Assembly (NCBI GenBank): GCA_010093745.1
Contig: MU006031.1
Coordinates: 1-52,947, forward strand
Reading direction: 5' to 3'
DNA length: 52,947 nucleotides
DNA from: Piedraia hortae CBS 480.64
Lineage: Eukaryota
This document shows, piece after piece, positions 29,857 to 40,133 of this stretch (the stretch's first letter is position 1; the number at the start of each line of letters is the position of its first letter). Position numbers and translations under genes: made by a program. The notes under the pieces were generated by a model, which made no database searches, had not been told where the DNA came from, and worked only from the letters and a program-made list of their open reading frames with translations.

Positions 29857-32800
29857 GCCGATGCAATTATCACAACCGCAGTGCCTGTATGCAATGCCTT
29901 CCACACCCCAGGGGTAAGCTAATTTCCAAGACTACTCCGCTGTGTGTGTACCGCTCTATCATGGATTTTATGATCGTTGAGGGTATGTTGGTCTCGTTTG
30001 TGTTGCAGGGAGGTGGCTGGTTCGATTGCAGGCTCGCACATCTTCCCAACAGGGTTGCGTAGCTGGTGTCTGCGGCTGCGACGACTGGTCGTGGTTGAGG
30101 ACTGAGATGCGGCTGCAGATGCGATGATTGGTATGTTGGTTTGTATGTGTGGCAGGGGAGACGGCTGATTAGTGCAGATTTTGCTCAGCGCAGAATCGCT
30201 CAGCTTTGATGGCAATAGCATGGCTACTTTTGTGGTTGCGGCGCTTTGGGCATTTTCATGGGCATTGTTGAGGATGGAGTGGGACTTCTATCTCGATCTC
30301 GATAACGGCAAGCTGAGGTGATGTCTTTTCTGGGTCGAAAAGAAATGGGCAACTCACGGAATCAAATGGAAGTGCCAGATGATTGTCCTTGGCTGGTAAC
30401 GGGTCGGCGGTATGCCCAAGATTGACGATCGACTAGGTCTAAAAACAAATTGTACCTGGTCCCTCGGTGGAAATGCATGCTAAAACCAACGGGAACAACA
30501 AAATCTTCACGGCTGGCAGCGGGTCAAGGATGCGCCCAAAATCAACTTCGAACTGTGTCTTGCCTGGGCGGCTGGGAATATCCCAAGGCGAAAATTGCAA
30601 ATAAGACCGACGACCACTGTGAATCCTTCAATCAGTACAATATCAACGACGAGAAGTTTTTGGATTAACTTATATTGAACGGTTTTTCAAGGATCGCCGA
30701 ACACGTTAACTCGCCCAGCCTGAACGAGGAGAAGCTCCTGGATCAACTTATATGGGTTGCAGCGGCAGCTCCGATACTGAATGTGAGGTAAAGTATCAAG
30801 GGGTTGCCTTGGCGGGCGAAGTTTCAATGAATTTCAAAAACTCAATCTATGTGGCACCCCCTACTGGTGTATGCATGTCTTCATTTGTGCGACAAACTCG
30901 CATATATAGTTAAGCTGATCCTCTGTATAAGAAAAGCCATTTTATCCTCCCGCCATAGAAGTATATCCCATGATTTCTTGAAAGATAGCAGTCACAATTG
31001 CTGTGTGTTCCAGTTATCCCATCCTCTCGGTAAACGACTGATATGCCGACATATGCCCTTCGCGTTGGATTCGGAGGTGCTTATGGAACTCGCAGGGACG
31101 CTAGCAGCTCTGGGAGTCGTATGGCCGTCACATAAATGAGTCAGGAGAAGCACATGTCTGAGCTTGCGGTGATTGCAAAGACTAGAGCTGGTGAGATTGC
31201 GGCAATGTCGAGTTGATGGTAGGGGTGATGTGTGATTTTTGTGTCTGGAGGCTTTCACGTTTGCTGCTGATACAAGGATACGCGTTTCACCGTCTTCAGA
31301 AGGGTCACTCGCTTCGCGAACATTTCATTTCTAGGAATGCAGACCATCCTTACCCCGTTTCCGAACTCAGCGAAAACTTTGGCAGCTTGGCGGTCGGTTG
31401 AACGTTACAGTTTGCTGGGTTAATGCCTTGACGCTCCTAGCCGCTTGAGCTTCAACGCTCACATGCTCCCCTTCGGTCGCTGTTAAATTTTTGGGTGATG
31501 GACATCTCTGTGGATGTGAAGCTGAAATTGTTTCCACCGAGCGATGATCAAGTACAGAATCTTGATCCTTCGAAACAATACGCGTAATGTCTTAGATGAA
31601 GGGAAGCAAGGACTAAAGCGCAACCTACTACACATGACTTGAGAGGACAAGCGCAAAGTTGTAGACAAGAGAATTGAGACCCATGGAGAGGTCAAGAGAT
31701 AAATGCGGGATGACAGAGCTGTGAGACGAATGAACAGATGACATAGTGAAATAATCACAGCTAATGTCCCCAGGGAAACAACTCCCTCAATCGACTAACA
31801 GGTGTTTGTCTAAGGCCTTCAACATCAGAAAACTCAACCGAAACACAAAGCATCCGAGCATGCCACACACACACAAACCGCATCATGTGAGCGCTCCTCC
31901 TCTTCGCTCACTATTGCTGCCCTGCACCATCACCAATTCCTGAGAGATCTCCACAACCGGAACTTTCTCCCTCAGCGACGTCTTGTGTGACACCAATGCA
32001 GTTGACGACCCCTTGCGCTGTCAGGGTGGTGGCCGCCCCGTGGAACCCCAGCTGCTCGATGCGTAGGTTCGTAAGCATCTCCGTATTGGCATTGTACTGC
32101 GCTGTCGTTGTGCGGGTTGAGCGTCGTTGCCAGAAAAAGGCCCAGGTTATCGTAATTGTACCGATGATTCATGCGATGTCCTTGATCAACTCTAGGTCCT
32201 ACACAGAGCTTGCCTGAAGATATGTTAGCTGTCTATCTAGAACGTGAGGAAGACGCAGGCAACTCACATATGAAATGATTGCCATCTTCCGGAAAAGACT
32301 GGTGCGAGATGGTGAGCGTTTCTTGGGTCTCGTGATGGTGGAAAAGGAAGCGTTGGAGGCGAAGAGTTTGATGGCGTTGTAGTCGAGCCTGAATATGGCT
32401 AACTGATCTGGCACACGAACCATGCCAACTACGACAAAGATCCGCTGTATATAGGTGTTTGAGACCAGATTGAAGACGCTAACAGTTCGTTGTAAACAGA
32501 GTTCGCTGTATCCAATGCCCGCTGTCTTCAGGTTCGGCTGTAGTGAAACCTGGATGAGTGACAAGTGAGTAGGTGTCAGTCTATCCGACCCTAGCGAAGG
32601 TGCATGTCAATGTCTGTTTCTGCATCTGTGGGAAAGTGAGGTAAGGTGGGGCATAATGCGGATATTACCCCATGCTAACGACCTTGCCCTACACCTATTA
32701 TGAATAGAAAGATTGGACGACTGTGGAGGGGTAATAAGATAAATTGTAAGTCGCTCCATTCCTCTCAAGGACTGACTTTATATACACTAAACTCCGATGC

Positions 32801-33658
32801 CTCTCAGCCTTCTGTTGAAGTTGAAGGATGTGTCACGTGATGACTATGAACAACGTCTTTTCATGTATACAGCATATATAACAATACAATTATTTATGTC
32901 TTAGTGTACTCACACTATCAGTTCGTCTTCTTTAACTATTGAGGAGCCCAAACTCTTTCCAACCTCTTCACCAGCCTTTTCTCTAGCCACCCCAACCTCT
33001 GCAGATCATTTGTGTTAGTGCGTAGTGCAACTTGGTGCTGGGCGCTACCGAGGAGCTAGTCCAAGATGGGTAAGCTTGTGTGATTGGTCTTGGCGAGTCT
33101 AGACATGCCAACATGACCGGCGTCGGCTTAGTCACAACAACACCGACCAAACCCCAGATGTCACTAAGCACACACTGAGAATGAACAGGGCCAGACCTTA
33201 ATTCAAGGACAGCTTCGTCCTAAGAGTTAGAACACTGGGAAGCCTCATTCTCTATATAAAATCCTCCAACAGTTGCTTAGTGGATGCTGTCGGAGGTCTG
33301 CCGGAGGTGGTAGATAGGGCACCGGACTTCCCAGGGTTTTTACCTCACAGAGGGTGACGTGGTCACGTCACAGAACGTCGTGCAAATGCGGTTCGGGTCG
33401 TGCCGGAGTGTGAGGCAGTCTTGGCAGACAAGTCTTCTCCTCATCTCCTCTCATATAGTCATGGATATCTATAGTCACGATATCACACACTGTTATCGAT
33501 GCTACCATTTCACGAAGTGCGAATATATACGAATATATTCCTTCCTCCTTCCGATAGATGCTCACTGCGTATGCTCCGCGTCGCTCTCTGCAGCGGTTGA
33601 TGACTGTCTGGAGTGATACCTGCGCAACCTATAGTCATTAGGAAGCCGCGAGCAATAG

Positions 33659-34142
33659 ATGATGTCGGCTGACGATTTATTGCTGGATATGAACGTACTG
33701 TACATGGCATATGATAAACGCGACCCACCTTCACTCGACGATATAATGAGAGTTTTGATACCTCACGAACATCTGTTTATGAACGCCATGGATTTTCACA
33801 AACAGCCATATACCAGAACGAGAATCACCGACGCAATTCACCATGCCATTAAAACTGGACAGATTGAAGATGGACGCCACCACCCTCCGCAACCCGGTCA
33901 CCCGAAACCTGGCCAATGACGCCCAGGAAGCTACCCGAGCCATCTCAAAAGTCAAACTTCCGGAGGAATTCTTTTCAATCATCTCATCTCACATCCCACA
34001 AACGAATGACTTAAGCACATTATCATGGATCAGGTAAGTCACCCATGTCCTCCTCTCGCTCGTGGTGGAGAGCTAACGTTCCTGCAGCAACCGCCGTCGA
34101 TCTAGGACATCGACAGTTTCAAAGGCATTGCATGGACGCTAA
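33659..34142 (+). pseudogene. probable decayed F-box-like gene with a canonical intron (34034-34087)
   Basis: KLPEEFFSIISSHIPQTNDLSTLSWIS resembles the F-box LPxE..I..L..L pattern. The intron is textbook (GTAAGT..GCTAAC..CAG), but an early stop follows splicing and the upstream ORF 33659-33919 is in another frame. Confidence 0.4.
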
Positions 34143-34526
34143 CAGCCCTTGGCTTCGTCCTTGCTCCCGGCTTACTACATCAAGCAAACACGTATCATGG
34201 ATCTGGTGAGTTACCCGTGTTCTCGTCTCGCTTCGCGTAGAAGTCTTCTATGTGCCTTGCCTTGAGTGGGAAGCAATTCTCACATACCTACGACAACGCT
34301 TGTTTTGGGTTCTTTTTGAAGAAATAAACATTGAGTTCCCCGCCGCGATGGGTGAGGAGGTAGTCCCAGGGGTTAGTTCTGGGATTGGCGCATGTGCTGA
34401 GTCTAGTTAAGGAGCAAATTCGTCCAGGGAGGAGACAGCATTACCTAGTGGGAATTTGAGATTACGTGTTGATCACGCGGTACACTCTAACAGATCATGG
34501 ATATACGATGGGTCGAGAACTGCGTG

Positions 34527-35120
34527 TCACGAGCGGCTGTCATAAAACTTGGATTCATCAAATGTTACGTCGACGGAACGGACGATCCTGTAGTCAGATG
34601 GGATCTACAAACGATATATCGAGTGTGTTGCATAACCAATCAGATATCCCTGTTTGGCTTTGGGGGCAAATTTATCGCCTCTGGGTACGTCGTGGTTACG
34701 CACAAATGCAGCGCATCCATAGGCTCGAAGGTGGCCAGGATAAGGTTTAGTAATTTTCCAGTGTTCACTCTTGGTCAGAGCCTGGTACGGCGACTTTTGG
34801 TTAAGAGAATGTGAGGGAGCTAAGTTTAGCAGGTCAACAGCACATTCCACTGCTTCTGGCCAGAGCTTGTTGGGAAATACTGCATGAAGCAGTAACTTCC
34901 TGGCCAGGGTGCAAACAATGTTGTTGCTGGTTTCGGCCCTCCCATTTTGTTCAGAGCTGTGAGGAATCATAATGTGCAGGGAGATTCCCCGTTGCCTGCC
35001 GAACTCAGTCAGTGAGGTACCCCCAAACTCGAGTCCGCAGTCTAGATGATAAATTTTGATGAAATGGCAGAGGTGTGTGTTGATGTAAGACAACCTCCGT
35101 AGAAACCCGGACACCATGAT
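34527..35120 (-). mobile_element. Ty1/copia LTR-retrotransposon relic: integrase core + SH3-like domain
   Basis: IKIYHLDCGLEFGG, PHSSEQNGRAE, LWPEAVECAVDLLN..P, HLRAYGCAAFV and KFAPKAKQGYLIGY. Past an in-frame TAG it continues IPSDYRIVRSVDVTFDE (the copia SRDVxFDE motif). No RT or gag was recognised nearby. Confidence 0.92.
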
Positions 35121-35824
35121 GGACCTGCCGCCGCGCAATTCTGTTCCTCGTGACATGTACTGTGTGTCTGAGTACAGGCATGGAAGTGACAATCTCATTA
35201 TAGGATCGCTTTTTCCCTCAAGAGAACTAGACAGCTATATGATTGCGAATCTCATATCCACTTTGCCACGGTCCCAATCGGTTATCCCCACTGAATGATC
35301 GCAGTCGTGGAAATTGCCGTTATTTGAACGTTCAGACAAATAACGATACTGGAAAATGATCTGTGCAATGTGATATGTACTTGGCTAGCAGTTATTTCTA
35401 TTTCATGACTGCATTTTCCATTTTCCATGTGATGTCAATTCTTCGTTTGGTTCGGGAGCAGCCTCGTCAGCTCCTTTTAAAGATCAGGTACCGAGTAGCC
35501 ACGTGCTGATAGGATAGACTTTTGTGGTTGTGCCATTCCAGAAACATTTTGGACTGAAGCCTTTTGTCGAGGCCTGGGTCTAGAAGTAGGGAGTCTATCG
35601 TACAAGGTGTGCGCAGTTGAACTTTTCACAAGGCTATGCCTATTCGGGGATAGTTGCCACGTGGGATCGACAGAGCACTTTAATTATTCGGGAATGGCGG
35701 CCAACTCCCGCTGGGACTGGTGAAGGCTGAGCCGCAACGGTCTAGTGGCGCTGGACGTGATGGCCCAGGAGAACACCCTACGGGACATGCGCGGAGCACC
35801 CGACTATCAGCATTCAACAACACA

Positions 35825-37674
35825 ATGACATCGTTTTTCGGCAAATTCGTCGCCAATAGCCAGTCGGCCGCCGCCGCACCGCCCAAGAAGCCCGATGGAC
35901 AGCCGCAGCAGACGCCGCTCGAGCTCCATTTGGCCGACGCCACGGGGCCGGTGCGCGCCGATGGGAGTGACAAGTTCTTCGGGTTTGAGAACTACGGCTC
36001 GACCTGGTAAGTGCGGGCGGCCGACGGACGGCAGCAACTGACGCCTCCAGCTACTGCAACTCCATCATCCAGTGTCTCTACTACTCCACGCCATTTCGTG
36101 ACAACTTGCGCGCATTTCCGCCGCCCGAATGCTTCCCCACAACGGCTGGCGACAGCGGAGACTCTCCGCCGCGCCGCTCCGCTGCGCCATACCCCAACCC
36201 GTCGTCACCGGCGCGGAAGCTCATAACGCCGACGTCCCCAGGCAGACGAATTGGTGCAAAGGTTGAAGAGAGCAAAGACTCGACCGAAGCGCGGAAACGG
36301 TTGGCACTGGCGGCTGGGCCGGTGCTGGCCATGACGAACGATAGCTCGGCCAAATACGGCATGAGCGAATCCCTTTACACGTCGCTCAAGGACATCTTTG
36401 AGGCTATCATCAACCACAGCTCGCGCATCGGTGTCGTCAGTCCGCACAACTTCATTGAGATTCTGCGGCGCGAGAACGAAATGTTCCGCTCTCCAATGCA
36501 CCAGGACGCACATGAGTTTTTGAATTTGCTGTTGAACGAGGTCGTGGATAATGTAGAGCTGTTTGCGAAGCAGCAGCGGCTGGAGAGCAACGCGCATTGG
36601 GTGCATGACCTGTTCAAAGGAGTGTTGACGTCGGAAACGCGATGCCTGACGTGCGAGACGGCCTCACACCGCGACGAGGCGTTCCTGGATCTGTCGGTTG
36701 ACTTGCTGCCGTTCACGTCGGTCACGTCGTGTCTGCGCAAGTTCTCGGCAGAAGAAATGCTGTGCGCGCGTAACAAGTTCCACTGCGACAACTGCGGCGG
36801 TCTACAGGAGGCTGAGAAGCGGATGAAGATCAAGCGACTGCCGCGCATCCTGGCGCTGCACCTGAAGCGCTTTGAGTACACCGAAGACCAGCAACGACTG
36901 CAGAAACTGTTCCACAAGGTCGTCTATCCGCTGCATCTGCGGCTATTCAACACTCTGGACGAGGCCGACGATGCTGATCGGCTGTATGAGCTCTATGCCG
37001 TTGTAGTACACGTCGGCAGCGGGCCATATCACGGCCACTACATCAGCGTCATCAAAACCCTCGATCGGGGCTGGCTGCTATTCGATGATGAGCTTGTCGA
37101 GCCCGTTGATGAGGAATTTGTCCTTTCCTTCTTTGGCGGTGAGCCTGACCAAAGCATCAATGATCCTCGGCAGTATTCCTGTGCCTATATCTTGTTCTAT
37201 CAGGAGACGTCCCTTGAGAAGCTCATGATGGAGGACGAAGCCGAATACGACTTCTGCGAGATGGGAGCCAAGACTTCGTCTGAAGCTCCGGCAGAAGCTG
37301 TGGAAGCCGTGGTTGTGTCGCCAGAAGCTGTTGCAGCAAACAGCCCGCCTCAATCCCCACTGGCTGCAAAGTCCAAGTCTTCAAACATGCTGACGCCGTT
37401 TTTGTCTACATCTGGAGCAACATCAGCAGCTCCAGGCAGCAACGGCCCCGCCACAGGCAGCGGAAGCGGTCTGTCAAGGTTAAGACATTCGTCGATGCGA
37501 TTACCCAGCAAACCGCGGTTTTTCAATAAAGAGAAGCTTGCTGCCGCTGATGATTCGAACGAGGGCACATCTCTGACGACGGCGACGTCTGGTGGTGGTA
37601 ATAACCTCGTCGATGAGAAGAAACCTTGGAATCGATTCGGACTAGGCAAGAGGAAGTCCCAGAACTTGCGTTGA
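35825..37674 (+). CDS. creB: ubiquitin carboxyl-terminal hydrolase, CreB/Ubp9/Ubp13 (USP12/46) family; exons 35825-36006 and 36051-37674
   Basis: Intron 36007-36050 (GTAAGT..ACTGAC..CAG, 44 nt) restores the Cys box [20 protein letters not shown]. Also [29 protein letters not shown], His box GPYHGHYIS and WLLFDDE. Confidence 0.93.
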
Positions 37675-38249
37675 TTACATGACTGTATAGGGTACATAAC
37701 GTTTAATGAATGTTGGACACGCAGAAGAAAGCTAACCGAACGCTACACTCCAGATGATGACCATTAGGTTGAGAAATATCAGGGGGACTGTGTGTGCATT
37801 AGCAGGGCAGGTTTAAGCGAGGGGTTGCTCACTCCTCATCAAGGTCCGGATGGAATGGATAAGATTAATAGTCTTGGCGCGGAACCCGTCGTTCGATGCG
37901 CTCTGTCCAAACCCCTGTTCTTGATATGTGCCCCAACCGACTTGGCTGGTCGTTAGTATACTGCAGTTGGTTGGTAGAGGGGCATGTTCGTACTCCGCGC
38001 GAGGAAGCGGTCCTCGGATAAGACTGCTATCGAGTTTACGAGGAGTATCGTGACTGCCAAATTAGTCGGAACTTATCTAGCATATATGTGCACGCACTTT
38101 GGAAGAGACCGCCAAAACTGAAGAAGAGAGTTGCCATTGTTATTCAACTGACCGGCGTCGTGCCCCACCATTGTGGGTGGATGCGGCTCCTCCCGACAGC
38201 TGTCAGACTCATCAGATGGGCAGCTAACAGGAATATCAGTCGCCCACCA

Positions 38250-39761
38250 ATGGCGCTCCTTCATAAAACAGATGTAGCACAGACGATGCTCCTCTTTGCC
38301 GTCATGTTGCTCCACCTCTTAGTTTCGCCCTACACCAAAGTCGAAGAATCATTCAACATGCAGGCCACCCACGACATATTGACCTACGGACCACGTCTAC
38401 ACCCGAATTACGACCACCTTACCTTTCCCGGATCTGTCCCAAGAACATTCATTGGCGCCATGGTGCTTGCGGGCGTCTCCTGGCCTCTTTCCGGCCACAT
38501 ATCCCCGTACAACATGCAACTCTTCGTCCGAGGGATTCTGGGCACGGGAAATGTCCTCTCCCTCCTCTTCATTAAGCGAAGCGTCTCCAAACTCTACGGC
38601 CAAGCCGCAGGCTGGTGGTTCGTTCTCTTCACCAGCACGCAATTCCACATAATGTATTACATTTCGCGCCTCCTCCCAAATATGTTCGCCTTTATCCTCA
38701 CGAACCTTGCCCTGGGCCTCTTTCTCCTCGCCGAAGGCAACCATAGAGCTCGCGCGAAGCGCACAAAACTAGCCCTCTACCTCCTCACCCTCGCGGGGGT
38801 CATCTTCCGAGCAGAAACCTCCCTCCTCTTAATATCCTACCTAATCACTCTCTTCATCACCCAAACCCCCTCCTTAAAATCAGAAATCATCCCCGCAGGC
38901 CTCGTAGGCCTGGTTGTAGGCCTCTCCTTAACCCTCTCAATCGATACCTACTACTGGCGCGCATCGCGCCCATACTGGCCTGAGTTCGCCGCCTTCTGGT
39001 TCAATTCCATCCAAAATCAATCCTCTTCCTGGGGCGTACAGCCCTGGTACTTCTACCTCCTCGCTCTACCAAAGCTCCTTTTCAACCCCGCAATCTCCGT
39101 CCTCTCCCTCCTAGGAACCCTGAGATCCGCAACCGCACGCAGGATCCTCGCCCCGCAGCTACACTTTATAGCAATCTACTCCCTCCTCCCACACAAGGAA
39201 TGGAGATTCATCGTTTACGTCGTCCCGGCATTCACCGCTGTTGCTGCTTGGGCAGCCGCACGCATCACCACACGAGCGTCTACACGAAATGGCCTCCCCA
39301 CCCTCCTCCTCCTCCTCCTCGCCGCATCAACAGCTCTCTCCTTCCTCGCATCGGCAACATCCCTCATTCTCTCGAGCTGGAACTACCCCGGCGGGCTTGC
39401 CCTCGAGAAACTCCAATACAATAACCGCCCCGCGAGGGTCTGGGTCGATAACCTCGCCTGCCAATCTGGCGTTACGCTTTTCCTTACCGATCAGTTCCCG
39501 AAATGGAGGTTTGAGAAGGATGATGGGAACTCGCCGGAAAATGGGTTTGATTTTTGGGTTGTTGAGCCGATGCATTCTGTTGTCGCGCGGGAAGGGGGTG
39601 GGAGTGATGTTCTTGCGTTTGGGGGTGTTGAGGTGAGGGAAGGTGAGGGAGTAAGGCCTTTTGGGGGAGAGGCGGTGGCGAGGTTGGGGAGGAGGTTTGC
39701 GGGAGGTTTATGGCCGGGGGTTCGGTTAGTGAGGAGGTTGGTCGTTATGGAGGGGAGGTAG
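38250..39761 (+). CDS. ALG12: Dol-P-Man:Man7GlcNAc2-PP-Dol alpha-1,6-mannosyltransferase (GT22)
   Basis: PYTKVEESFNMQATHD, YDHLTFPGSVPRTF, QFHIMYYISRLLPNMFA, SSSWGVQPWYFY, HKEWRFIVY and NYPGGLAL; multi-TM. The ATG at 38250 has ccaATG context. Confidence 0.95.
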   Translation: MALLHKTDVAQTMLLFAVMLLHLLVSPYTKVEESFNMQATHDILTYGPRLHPNYDHLTFPGSVPRTFIGAMVLAGVSWPLSGHISPYNMQLFVRGILGTGNVLSLLFIKRSVSKLYGQAAGWWFVLFTSTQFHIMYYISRLLPNMFAFILTNLALGLFLLAEGNHRARAKRTKLALYLLTLAGVIFRAETSLLLISYLITLFITQTPSLKSEIIPAGLVGLVVGLSLTLSIDTYYWRASRPYWPEFAAFWFNSIQNQSSSWGVQPWYFYLLALPKLLFNPAISVLSLLGTLRSATARRILAPQLHFIAIYSLLPHKEWRFIVYVVPAFTAVAAWAAARITTRASTRNGLPTLLLLLLAASTALSFLASATSLILSSWNYPGGLALEKLQYNNRPARVWVDNLACQSGVTLFLTDQFPKWRFEKDDGNSPENGFDFWVVEPMHSVVAREGGGSDVLAFGGVEVREGEGVRPFGGEAVARLGRRFAGGLWPGVRLVRRLVVMEGR

Positions 39762-39899
39762 CATTTATTCGGGTTCGGGGGTTTGGTTTTGATGCGTGGT
39801 TGATTATATGAAGATTACAATGTGGCTTCTAGGTTGTTCGAACTGATGGTTCAAGCTGGTCGAAATCACTTCTTGGGGTTGTCTTCCTCTTTGGCTCTG

Positions 39900-40133
39900 T
39901 CACTGTGAAGACGCCTCTTCAACCGAAATCTCCTTCCCACCCTCGTCGTAGCAATGCACAGGTGTCTGGGTTGGCCAGAAATTCATCGGTTCGCAATGTC
40001 TCCCGAAACATGTGCCTCTGTCGTCTGCAAGGCGGGTGTGTATACAGCCTGGTGGAAGTGGATCGGTTGGGGTGGGGAGAGGGGAAGCTTGCGCTGCACC
40101 AGAGACGAGGAGGTATAGTATGAGGACGAGCAT
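39900..40133 (-). CDS. small secreted cysteine-containing protein (77 aa, 4 Cys)
   Basis: GCCACCATG start context, hydrophobic signal peptide MLVLILYLLVSGAAQA/SPLP, four Cys, and a TATAA-like element about 285 bp upstream on the minus strand (near 40418-40422). Confidence 0.65.
   Translation of the reverse strand: MLVLILYLLVSGAAQASPLPTPTDPLPPGCIHTRLADDRGTCFGRHCEPMNFWPTQTPVHCYDEGGKEISVEEASSQ

Noticed and set aside
38088..38249. N-terminal extension of ALG12 in the ORF track
   Set aside because: It starts at a non-ATG codon; ALG12 similarity and a good ATG begin at 38250.
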